Origin: an uncultured Clostridia bacterium
GTDB lineage: Bacteria; Bacillota; Clostridia; Oscillospirales; UBA644
Direction of reading: 5' to 3'
NCBI GenBank assembly: GCA_944386305.1
Contig: CALXAN010000118.1
Location: 1 to 44,050, forward strand
Length of the DNA stretch: 44,050 nucleotides
Part shown: one piece after another, positions 17,853 through 26,332 of the stretch
How the letters are laid out: each line of letters opens with the position of its first letter
Numbering within the stretch: position 1 is the stretch's first letter
Notes under the pieces: model-generated
Databases searched by the model: none
What the model was told of the DNA's origin: nothing
What the model saw: the letters and a program-made list of their open reading frames with translations, nothing else
Made by a program: the position numbers and the translations under genes

Positions 17853-20312
17853 TCAATTGGCCCCCCTTGCTACATAATCGTCCCATTGCTCTAAAGTGTA
17901 TCCCTGCGCGTCATAGATATAAAAGTCGTCAAATGCGTAATTTCCAACTTGGAATACAGTAATCGACCAATTGTCCGCCAAAGCTGGAACAATCGCAGAT
18001 AAATATGTCCATTCTAAGGTTTCTATCTCAGCATCAATATAAGTATTTGTAATAAATCCTACATTTGCACTAGAACAAACCCGTATTGAATTAGTTATAT
18101 TAGATGGAATCTTTATCCAAAATCCGATATAAAAATTTTTAGAATACAACCCCATTTGGGTTATGGTATCGGAAGACAAAGACATAGTACCAAGCAATGT
18201 AGCTGAGGACTTTAGTGCGTACGAACCGGAATGCACATACTCAGCTTCATCCGTAACCGTCCATGTCCCGTTTACTCTAGTCCACGGGCTCATCGTGTTT
18301 TCCTCAAATCCCGGATTCGGCATTAGATTGATTTGCCCGTCAGGTATCGGGACAAGCGGTATGGCTTTTGGAGTTACCAGGAAATCGACGCCGGTATTGC
18401 CCTGAACGGTATTGGTCCTGCGCATGATAATGTTGTCAAACAGCAGAGCGTCATCGTAATACAGGCCGGGCGAAACATGAACCGGATCGTCGCTTTTTAT
18501 CTCAAACGGGTGAAACGACTCAATTTCGGATCCATCGGTCGCATGCACGAGGGTATGACCAATAGAGGTGTGCTTTTTGCCATCGTATGTCGCCCAAACC
18601 AGCTTTAGATCGGCGGCAATTTTATTCTCACTCGACGCCATTTCGTCGGCATCCGCCGAAATAAGCAGATAAGCCAGCGGGGGATGACCTTCGGTCTCTG
18701 CGGAAGTGATATTTTTATTCCAGTACTTAAACAATGCGCCGATACCGTCCAGCACGGTTTGGCCCCAGCCTTCCGCGGCCTGTATGATCTGCTGCCCGGA
18801 CTCCAAGTCTATCTGCAGCGTATCGTCTAATGCGGACAATACTCCTGTGCGGATCCAGTCCGCCGTGATCATGCGCGCGATAATGGATTTGTCCTTGCTG
18901 AAGCCGCTGTACGTCCCAAAGTATCCGGTATCGGATACGCCTATGCCGCCTGTTGAGTATGCCCACACGTAGCAGTCCTCGCGGGGGTCAACGTTGGAGT
19001 CGTCCGGAAGAATGATATTATCGTCGGCAAAGATAGGTTCGCTTGCCATATAATAGCCTACAAGCCGGCCCTGCTGGTCATATTTTATTCCGGCATACAG
19101 CGCCAGCGACTCGGTAAGCAGATTGGACTGGTTCAGCATTGCCTGCTGCGTCATATTCAAGCCTTCGTTTAAGTCCTTGGCGGCCTGAATCTGCACTTCC
19201 TGTATTTTTTTGGCTTCGGCAGTCAGCTGGCGGTCCTGTTCCTGAGTCTTACCCAGCGCAGAAAGCTTCCCCAAGCCTCGAAACCGGTATTCGTGAGACA
19301 TGATCAGCGATTCTATCGTATCATTCACCTGCTGCTCGTCTATGACCACATTATGTACCACCGTGTCTCCCGCCTGTACGGTAGGGTCGCCGATGAACTG
19401 GCAGTCATACGTCTTGTACCTGACGGAAGTCATCAAGGAAGACATTTCAGCCAAAACGGAAACGGCGGTTTCCTCACTCTGTATCAGCGGATTGGTATCA
19501 AGGGTAATTAAATACGACGTATCTGCATCCTCCTGAACATACTCTACCCCGTTCCAATCCTTGACTACCACGGCTGTGGGGTGAACGTCCAAATCATTGA
19601 GCGTAATGCTGATACGGGTATCCGGCGTCGTAACATATTGGGTATCGGCGTACCAAAAGGCCTCCAGCTGATTGGTGCGGGACATGCGCAGATTTTTGCC
19701 TATGATGCAGCCGAGATAAGCCAAAAAATCTCTGCATGTATATTTCGATGCGTCAAATTCGTTGAGCGTCAGCTCGGGTATCTGATCATATAAATCAGAC
19801 GAATAGCTCACACCAGCCAAAATACACGCTTTTTGAAACAGCAGCCGCAAAGGCATAGGAAAGATCGGGTCGGTATCTGACAGCGGACGATTGAACTTAC
19901 ACATGAGATCTATACATTTGATGGGGATAGTGGTATACTTCTTGCCTGCGCTCTGAACTATGAACGTGCCCAGCTTGATGTCGGCCCAGGTATCGATTTG
20001 CGGCACATACATTTTAACGGTAGGAGACACCTCGGCGTTTAAGAAGTTATACTGACGATACAGTCCGTCGGGATTCATCAGGCTGAAATCAAGGGAATTG
20101 GCAAACGTGGAACCCGCCATAATGCCGTCTGTGCAGGTTGACTGCTCCTTGAATACGAGAGAATTTGCAACTATATCATTTTCGTATAAATCCAAATGCG
20201 TTCCATCGTCCAAATCCATTGCGATTTCCAGCGCCCAGGTTCTGTCGGGCTGCGCGGCCGCTTCCTTAAATGCCAGCCACTGCTCGTCCGTAAAATTGGG
20301 TGGACGGTACAT
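17853..20312 (-). CDS. tail-associated baseplate protein (Tal / prophage-tail-endopeptidase type) with a CBM4/9-like C-terminal domain
   Basis: 819 aa, positioned after the Dit-like gene. The C-terminus has NLMPNPGFEENTMSPW, typical of a carbohydrate-binding jelly-roll. Confidence 0.6.
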   Translation of the reverse strand: MYRPPNFTDEQWLAFKEAAAQPDRTWALEIAMDLDDGTHLDLYENDIVANSLVFKEQSTCTDGIMAGSTFANSLDFSLMNPDGLYRQYNFLNAEVSPTVKMYVPQIDTWADIKLGTFIVQSAGKKYTTIPIKCIDLMCKFNRPLSDTDPIFPMPLRLLFQKACILAGVSYSSDLYDQIPELTLNEFDASKYTCRDFLAYLGCIIGKNLRMSRTNQLEAFWYADTQYVTTPDTRISITLNDLDVHPTAVVVKDWNGVEYVQEDADTSYLITLDTNPLIQSEETAVSVLAEMSSLMTSVRYKTYDCQFIGDPTVQAGDTVVHNVVIDEQQVNDTIESLIMSHEYRFRGLGKLSALGKTQEQDRQLTAEAKKIQEVQIQAAKDLNEGLNMTQQAMLNQSNLLTESLALYAGIKYDQQGRLVGYYMASEPIFADDNIILPDDSNVDPREDCYVWAYSTGGIGVSDTGYFGTYSGFSKDKSIIARMITADWIRTGVLSALDDTLQIDLESGQQIIQAAEGWGQTVLDGIGALFKYWNKNITSAETEGHPPLAYLLISADADEMASSENKIAADLKLVWATYDGKKHTSIGHTLVHATDGSEIESFHPFEIKSDDPVHVSPGLYYDDALLFDNIIMRRTNTVQGNTGVDFLVTPKAIPLVPIPDGQINLMPNPGFEENTMSPWTRVNGTWTVTDEAEYVHSGSYALKSSATLLGTMSLSSDTITQMGLYSKNFYIGFWIKIPSNITNSIRVCSSANVGFITNTYIDAEIETLEWTYLSAIVPALADNWSITVFQVGNYAFDDFYIYDAQGYTLEQWDDYVARGAN

Positions 20313-20326
20313 ATTTGACGCCTCCT

Positions 20327-20698
20327 TTAATACTCAACTAAGCTGAAGCTGATTTCCCACCAGTTTACAGCGGTTTGATCAGTTTCCGAGCTTTCGTGAA
20401 CCAATAAATTACAGGACCTGTCCTCGACATACATGTCGGCTATCCTGCGCATGCCGCTCCTCGGGTCAAGATATCCTACCTCTACCATGCCCGGCTCTAT
20501 CGCGGCCAGTATGGTAGCGGCGTCGGCGTCGCTGACCCTCCAGCCGAGCTCAAGCGTGACGATGCCCTGGCGAATACGGTTGCGTATTTTTACTCCGCTT
20601 TCCGAATACGCGGAATCAGAGGATTCCATATCCGCCATAGGCGCGCTGTAGGTTACGGGATCGGGCATTGCCGTTCCGTCGATTGTTAGCAAAGCCAT
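20327..20698 (-). CDS. small tail component in the distal-tail-protein position
   Basis: 123 aa, lying between the TMP and Tal genes. The assignment rests on gene order only. Confidence 0.4.
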   Translation of the reverse strand: MALLTIDGTAMPDPVTYSAPMADMESSDSAYSESGVKIRNRIRQGIVTLELGWRVSDADAATILAAIEPGMVEVGYLDPRSGMRRIADMYVEDRSCNLLVHESSETDQTAVNWWEISFSLVEY

Positions 20699-20776
20699 AT
20701 TATCATCCTCCTGTTATTGTCATTTTATATTTATATACTTGTATAGGAAGTAAAAACATGTTATAATTATATAAAG

Positions 20777-22036
20777 TCAGGCGTAAACGCCGTTGGTCTG
20801 CAGCATACGGCGCTGCCTGCTGCTGACGATATATTCGTCGAGCTGCTCATTGCCGATGAAGACCTGGATGACAGACTCGCTGCCGCTCTTCATCGCGGAT
20901 TTGACCGCTCTGTATACGCCGGAGGACACCGACTCGACAATTTGGTTATTATTCATTACCGCGTTGCGCCCGCCGATCGTTCCTACCAGCTCCGGCCCCG
21001 CCTCACGGGCGATGAACATCTGCCCCATGGACGGGAAGCCGCCGGCGGCAAACGATGGAATAGTAGGAATCGCAAGCTCCAGTTCAGGAATATTAACGCC
21101 CGGGATCAAATTCAAGCCTTTGATAATCAGATTAATCGGAGTTAAAACGATTTTCATGAGGAAATTTATGCCCTCGATCAGTAAGTTTACAAAGTCAATA
21201 AAGGCGTTTGCTATAAATTTAAAGAAACTTGACATGAAATTTCTAAAACCCTCGCATCTATTCCACAGAACTACAAAGGCAGCGACCAATGCTGTAATTG
21301 CAATAACAACAAGAGCGATTGGATTCATACTCAACACCGCATTCAATGCGCCTTGTGCAACGGTAATAAGAGCCGTAATCGCTTTTTGAGCGCCTTTCGC
21401 CACGGTATCCGCAGCAGTTGCAGCGGTTTCTTTGATCCAAATCACAATACTTGAATTCATAATAGCATTGAAAGCGGTTTTTACAGCATTATAGGCAGTC
21501 AGCGCAGCATGCTGCGCCCAGGTCGCTACAGTATGAGCAACCGTTAAAGAGGTTTCCTTTATCCAGTTGCCAATACTTTTTAACGTTTCTAAATTAAAAA
21601 GTTTTTTTGCGGCCGTAAGCATATTGAGCAATAATGTATATTCACCTGTTATGGTTATCAAATTTGCAAAAATGCCAGTAAAATTATTTAAAAAACCGGT
21701 TCCGTTCATTATAGTGTTAAAAAAGCCACCGAATCCTTCTTGAGTAGCTGCAATAGATTGATTCAAAATGAGCAGCTGGCCATTGATTCCCCCCAAGGTA
21801 TCTGTTAGGCCTAAGGATTCGCCAATGCCGGCGAGAGAGAGAAACTGCTCGGAAAAAGTTGTTATGCAGGCGTTAGCTGTCCCGAATAGAATTTCGAAAT
21901 TTGTCTGCGCTATCGCAGTTGTTTGGCTGAAGGATTCCGTTATTTGATCCATACTGCTTTGAACGACGATAGCCATTTGACCGACCGCTTCGTTTATAAG
22001 AGTAACAGGAGAAATAATGGCGTTTGCATCTGTCAT
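20777..22036 (-). CDS. tape measure protein (short, 419 aa)
   Basis: A long helical, Ala/Thr/Asn-rich N-terminal part, a hydrophobic segment (PIALVVIAITALVAAFVVLW), and a C-terminal AREAGPELVGTIGG...NNNQI motif typical of TMPs. The Shine-Dalgarno is AAGGAGG. Confidence 0.75.
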   Translation of the reverse strand: MTDANAIISPVTLINEAVGQMAIVVQSSMDQITESFSQTTAIAQTNFEILFGTANACITTFSEQFLSLAGIGESLGLTDTLGGINGQLLILNQSIAATQEGFGGFFNTIMNGTGFLNNFTGIFANLITITGEYTLLLNMLTAAKKLFNLETLKSIGNWIKETSLTVAHTVATWAQHAALTAYNAVKTAFNAIMNSSIVIWIKETAATAADTVAKGAQKAITALITVAQGALNAVLSMNPIALVVIAITALVAAFVVLWNRCEGFRNFMSSFFKFIANAFIDFVNLLIEGINFLMKIVLTPINLIIKGLNLIPGVNIPELELAIPTIPSFAAGGFPSMGQMFIAREAGPELVGTIGGRNAVMNNNQIVESVSSGVYRAVKSAMKSGSESVIQVFIGNEQLDEYIVSSRQRRMLQTNGVYA

Positions 22037-22086
22037 AAATATGCCTCCTTAAATTTTAATAAATATAGAAAGTGAGAAAGAATGAA

Positions 22087-22422
22087 ATGAGTACTCATGT
22101 AACCATTAAAGTGCCTGTAAATGCAAAGAGTTGTTTACAAATGGCTTATGATGTTTTGCTGTCACCGGAGAATTTACTGGCAGAAAAAATTTCAAAGAAA
22201 AGTTCTCCATACATGGATGAATTACTTCTCCATGCGTTTGTTGCTCATTCCAATAGATTTGAATATTTAGTTACGGTAAAAGAAGTGAGCCAAAATGAGT
22301 CTGAAATGACTGTAATATGCGCATTTCAAAATATCACACAACTAAATACAATTGGACCCGAATGCGAACTTATATCCCTTTTTTTGAGAATCTTAAGCCA
22401 AAAAATTCAAAATACAACTTGA
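22087..22422 (+). CDS. hypothetical protein encoded antisense to the tail operon (moron)
   Basis: ORF 22072..22422. The in-frame ATG at 22087 is preferred. I recognise no motif. Confidence 0.4.
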   Translation: MSTHVTIKVPVNAKSCLQMAYDVLLSPENLLAEKISKKSSPYMDELLLHAFVAHSNRFEYLVTVKEVSQNESEMTVICAFQNITQLNTIGPECELISLFLRILSQKIQNTT

Positions 22423-22602
22423 TCGAGTTTTCGCAAATTTCTCCACACGCTCCTTCATCACCCATCAGTCCTGCTGCCACTTTTTTGTTTATACAAGGCA
22501 GGGAATGTCTTTTCATCAACTCGCTGATCATCGTTTTGACATCAATTGCTGATGTTTGCATAGATTTAATTCCCCTTTCGGTTTTTGATAGGAGTTGAGA
22601 AA

Positions 22603-23054
22603 ATGAAAAAATGGAAGAAACTGAAGGAAATGAATCGCTGGGTTCTTATTTCAATCATTGTATATGTATTGATATTAATTTTGCTGATTATCGCTGCGTT
22701 TTTATCTTCAGACCCCAAACACAGCTTATGGTCTTTTGCTGCCGTGGTATGGGCAATTCTTGGATTTCTGCTGCCTAGTTACACACATCATTATACACTG
22801 CGTTCCTCTTTGCCTACTTTAAAAAGGCGTGCAGTAGTTTGTAAAAAAAATTTGTATCCGAAGAGACTTGGTTTGATGGGTATAAAATATACCAAATTCC
22901 TATCCTGATTTTCCAATTTGAAAATGGGAATCAATTAGCTTTCCGGGTTTCTCATAAACGGTATAAAGCTTTTCAATGCGGTGAAACTGGAACATTAGTC
23001 TATAAGGAAGGAAAGGATACCGCTTTCTTTATCGATTTCATTGTGCATGATTAA
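22603..23054 (+). pseudogene. DUF2500-like membrane protein interrupted by a frameshift in an A8 tract
   Basis: ATG 22603 follows AGGAG. After ...RRAVVCKK the frame changes at A8 (22843-22850). The shifted frame reads FVSEETWFDGYKIYQIPILIFQFENGNQLAFRVSHKRYKAFQCGETGTLVYKEGKDTAFFIDFIVHD-stop, which is a DUF2500-type C-terminus. Confidence 0.55.
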
Positions 23055-23137
23055 ACCCATATTGAAATGGGCTTAACGTAATTGCTGATGATTGCTTAAT
23101 TTATTCTCCTTTCGGTTTTCAGTTAGAGGTTGAGAAA

Positions 23138-23278
23138 ATGAAAAAGAGATTAAACAGGCTTAAATTTGCAGTTATTACAATTTCCAATAAGCTGTATGAA
23201 GCACTTCGGTGATGCCAAACTTTGATTTATAAGAGAAAGAAAAAAGACTCCTTTTTCATTGACTTTGTGCGTGATTAA
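23138..23278 (+). pseudogene. internally deleted second copy of the DUF2500-like gene
   Basis: It shares the same leader and Shine-Dalgarno of about 60 nt (23079-23140 versus 22542-22605). An ATGAAAAA start gives 24 codons then a stop. A C-terminal remnant, QTLIYKRKKKDSFFIDFVRD-stop, follows. Confidence 0.6.
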
Positions 23279-23297
23279 CCCCATACTGAATTTGCGA

Positions 23298-23959
23298 CTA
23301 GTCAAATTGCTGAGTATCCCTTTTCCTTTTCGCAAACTTCTCTACCCGCTCCTTAATCACCCACCAGTCCTGCTGCTCCTTTTTCTCGAACAGCGTCGGA
23401 AAAGCCTCTTCAAGCGAGGGAAACTTCCTGGGATCGTTTATCGCTACGCCCGAAAGGGCGGCGCAATTATATCCGATCCACGCCAACATTTGGTAGAAGT
23501 CTCTCTGCTTTTCGCTTTCCACATCGACCGCCAGCTTGATTTCATCAGGCGTGACGCTTTCCAGCATGTCGAGCGGTATACCGCACCACAGGGAAGAACG
23601 GATCAGCTGATTGGAAAAGTCTGATTTTGGGTCAGGACTTACTGCGCCTGACCTTTCCTGAAAAAACCGGAGGTTTCAAACAGGCTGTTGATTTCCTGCA
23701 TCAGTTCCTCCACCGAATGCCCATCGTCCACATAAGCGTCGAACAGCGCCATTGCTTTTTCCTGTGTAAACCCCGCGTTCAGCGGCTGCATGGCGCCCCA
23801 CAGGATCGTGGTAATGGTTTCCACCATATTGTCCTGGATGGTCTCCAGAGCCTTAAACAGCGGTTTACCCAGCTTCTTCTCAATCTGCATTATGGCGCCG
23901 GCGGTCAGGCGCAGCTTGTATTCCTCTCCGTTTACGGTCATGGTATAAAACTTGTTCAT
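23298..23959 (-). CDS. tail assembly chaperone frameshift product (gpGT-like, -1 shift at 23660-23666)
   Basis: The -1 frame is open from the slippery site through the 23298..23567 ORF; I checked this codon by codon. Confidence 0.6.
23639..23959 (-). CDS. tail assembly chaperone (gpG-like)
   Basis: 106 aa, lying directly after the major tail protein gene. It ends just past a T_TTT_TTC slippery heptamer. Confidence 0.7.
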   Translation of the reverse strand: MNKFYTMTVNGEEYKLRLTAGAIMQIEKKLGKPLFKALETIQDNMVETITTILWGAMQPLNAGFTQEKAMALFDAYVDDGHSVEELMQEINSLFETSGFFRKGQAQ

Positions 23960-24054
23960 TTTATAAACTCCCTCTCTGTTATTAAAATCGGAATAACGGC
24001 GAAAGCGGGGCCGAGTCTGCGGCCCCGCTTCCTATATGTCATCCAAACCCGTTG

Positions 24055-24471
24055 TTATGCGGGATTGGTTACGGTGATATCGCTCTGCAGCAGCATGGTC
24101 GCGCTGAAGGTCAGAGCGCCGTTGACGGTACCGGCGTCCATTTTTACGGCGGGAACGGCGTCAAACTGATGCCCCGTACCGTCCGGATATTCGATCTTAA
24201 AGGTTGCGGCCGTGTTGGCGTCAGCCAATCCTTTCAGGACGCGGTAATTGGAGGTTTCAGACGAATTGTCATAAAGGAATTTGAACACAAGGTCTCCCAA
24301 ATCCTTGATTCCGGGGACATATTTCTTTACGGAATCGGACAGGACCGTAACGTCGATTTTCTCAGGCGTGCCGCCGAATTCGGGAACCTCCATAAGATAA
24401 TCGAGCTGGGTAAATTCGGCCTCGCCGGACTTGTAGGATATTTTGGTGTTATTGGCAGAATATCTATTCAT
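24055..24471 (-). CDS. major tail protein (TP901-1/phi13-like, non-contractile)
   Basis: 138 aa. Its size, its position and the pattern LMEVPEFGGTPEKIDVTVLSD...YVPGIKDLGDLVF are typical of siphovirus major tail proteins. Confidence 0.7.
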   Translation of the reverse strand: MNRYSANNTKISYKSGEAEFTQLDYLMEVPEFGGTPEKIDVTVLSDSVKKYVPGIKDLGDLVFKFLYDNSSETSNYRVLKGLADANTAATFKIEYPDGTGHQFDAVPAVKMDAGTVNGALTFSATMLLQSDITVTNPA

Positions 24472-24485
24472 GATGATTACTCCTT

Positions 24486-24701
24486 TTATTCATTAATTTT
24501 TTCGATAAATTCTATAGGAACACTGTGCAGCGTGTTGTTATCCAGCAGAACGATTCCCACAGGGAACAGCCCGCCGGAATTATCATCGGCGCTCTGAGTC
24601 GAAATTTCAATCAGCGTGCCGGAATATTCCGTACCGCTGAATGATTTCGTCGCAGGATCCCAATACCTGTCCAGCAGGCAGGATACTCTGATTTCCGTCA
24701 T
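24486..24701 (-). CDS. hypothetical small protein upstream of the major tail protein
   Basis: 71-aa ORF whose start overlaps the preceding stop by 4 nt. Confidence 0.45.
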   Translation of the reverse strand: MTEIRVSCLLDRYWDPATKSFSGTEYSGTLIEISTQSADDNSGGLFPVGIVLLDNNTLHSVPIEFIEKINE

Positions 24702-24997
24702 ACGCTTCCTCCTCCCTTATGAGATTTGTTTGCCGAATTACCTGAAGCAGAAGCGGTCTGCTGTTCTGACTGTGAGCTTATCGGCTCCGACCGTAACGGG
24801 TCTTTCGTTTCAGCGTCCAGCTCTCGCTTCAGCGAGCACATTTCCTGGTAGAGAGTCAGGTGTACTGCGGCCATACAGCGTTTCAGGCTATTTTCATATT
24901 CCTTGGTCAGGCGTTCGCGTTCCCGGTTAAGCCGGGCTGCGACAATTTTATTAACTTCATCCTGCGTAAAGCATCTATCCGCCATATGTAACTCCAT
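24698..24997 (-). CDS. hypothetical protein with a phage scaffold-like FTQDEVNKIVAARLNRERE motif
   Basis: 99 aa and the first gene of the tail operon. The motif resembles the DUF4355/scaffold N-termini I remember. An alternative start is at MADRCF. Confidence 0.45.
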   Translation of the reverse strand: MELHMADRCFTQDEVNKIVAARLNRERERLTKEYENSLKRCMAAVHLTLYQEMCSLKRELDAETKDPLRSEPISSQSEQQTASASGNSANKSHKGGGSV

Positions 24998-25123
24998 TTA
25001 ACGTCTGTAGACGATGATTCCATGCAGCTTTTAGCGCCGTCCGCACGTTCTAGGCAGGATCAAGGGCACAATCGTATCACCTTGGCCGAAGACGAATTTT
25101 TCCTTTTATGCCCTTTCACCTAA

Positions 25124-25152
25124 TAGATAGGAAATTACAGCGATAATGTAAA
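25124..25152 (-). promoter_or_regulatory. candidate promoter of the tail operon (TTTACA -35)
   Basis: On the minus strand: TTTACA (25152-25147), a 17-nt spacer, then TATCTA (25129-25124), about 120 nt upstream of ATG 24997. Confidence 0.25.
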
Positions 25153-25265
25153 CCGCAAAAATATTTTTAATTTCCTTTTTAGCCAAATAACATATGCTAG
25201 TAAACACAGCTGAAAGTAGAATATTCTCCCTCCCGCCACAATACTGTGAATTATATTTTTGTATA

Positions 25266-25311
25266 AGCATCGGCCCCCATTTACTTGAAAACGCAAATGG
25301 GAGCCGATGCT
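25266..25311 (-). terminator. long hairpin immediately after the sigma gene
   Basis: 17-bp stem with one mismatch (AGCATCGGC.CCCATTT / AAATGGG.GCCGATGCT). No clear T-run follows, so it may attenuate rather than terminate. Confidence 0.45.
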
Positions 25312-25315
25312 TTAA

Positions 25316-25852
25316 TTATTCATTTTTCAAGAAATCTCTCAAAATGATAAGACCTCTTGTTTTTAAGCGGTTCACCGCTTGCCTGGATATATGAAGGAAT
25401 TTTGATATTTCAACGTCGCTGTAATCATAAACATATTTGTAGATGATAACTTGCCTTTGCCTTTTTGTCAAACGTGAAAAACCTTCAAATAGCGCCATGT
25501 TAGATTCAAAATCATTAGAAACGTCATTGTCAGAGGCTATTTCTTCACAGAAGCCCACAAAAAGCGCTTCGTGCATTTGCTTCGCTTTTGAATACGATAT
25601 GTATTTATTTCTTATTGAAACAGCTATATACTTTTTTAAATCGACGGAGTCGTCCGCGCAGAACTTGTCCAACGAAATATTATTAATTAATTCAATTAAA
25701 AATACATTCAACTCCTGAAGCAAATCTTCATCCTTTAACAAACGCGCATAATGATATAACAATTTCTCAAAGACGATATATATACTGTCAAATTGCTCAC
25801 GATTTCCGCTCTGAAATCCCTTTATTAACGGTATAAGCTCCATATTATTCAT
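25316..25852 (-). CDS. alternative sigma factor, TcdR/UviA/BotR-like (group 5 sigma-70)
   Basis: 178 aa. The layout is colinear with TcdR as I recall it (FLIELINNISLDKF..., KYIAVSIRNKY). The region 4.2 HTH reads LTKRQRQVIIYKYVYDYSDVEISKFLHISRQAVNRLKTRG. Confidence 0.7.
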   Translation of the reverse strand: MNNMELIPLIKGFQSGNREQFDSIYIVFEKLLYHYARLLKDEDLLQELNVFLIELINNISLDKFCADDSVDLKKYIAVSIRNKYISYSKAKQMHEALFVGFCEEIASDNDVSNDFESNMALFEGFSRLTKRQRQVIIYKYVYDYSDVEISKFLHISRQAVNRLKTRGLIILRDFLKNE

Positions 25853-26332
25853 ACCCTGTCCCCTTCTTTCTACTTAATAGAAAGAAATAATTTAATAATA
25901 TGTAAATACGGATAAAAAAGAAATTTTAAGTGGAAAAATTGTGTGTAGTGTAACATGCCTTGAATTAAGATCCTCGAAAATATTTTTTGAATTGCGTTAT
26001 AGATATTAACATGAATAAGCCCTCCTTATTTAATTTGTATAATAATACCGTCTTGAGACACACGTATCGGAACTTTTTTTTGTTCCGTTAAATAAGAAAA
26101 AGCTAATTCAATCTATAAAATTCACCCGACTTTCCATGACAATAAACATCTTTATTTTACCATATTTTTCCATTTTATTACATTACTTGATCTACTTTTG
26201 CAGGCGAGCTGCTGCACCCTATTTCAACCGTTAAATTATTAAATTTATCGTACCCACATCCAATTCGTGATGCAACAATAAAAGTACCGTGTATCAGGAC
26301 AATGAACCGACATAAGATAAACGATTTGAAAT

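Noticed and set aside
20793-21389. 198-aa plus-strand ORF inside the tape-measure gene, and similar antisense ORFs inside the fibre and Tal genes (for example 15924..16397 and 18163..18608).
   Set aside because: They are antisense to long genes with coherent tail-protein features. They have no RBS or motifs.
25965-26012. 15-aa minus-strand micro-ORF (MLISITQFKKYFRGS) with a strong AAGGAGGG Shine-Dalgarno, lying upstream of the sigma gene. I considered it as a possible leader or signalling peptide.
   Set aside because: It is too short and carries no recognisable features, so it cannot be supported from sequence alone. It is recorded only as something to look at if Ribo-seq data exist.
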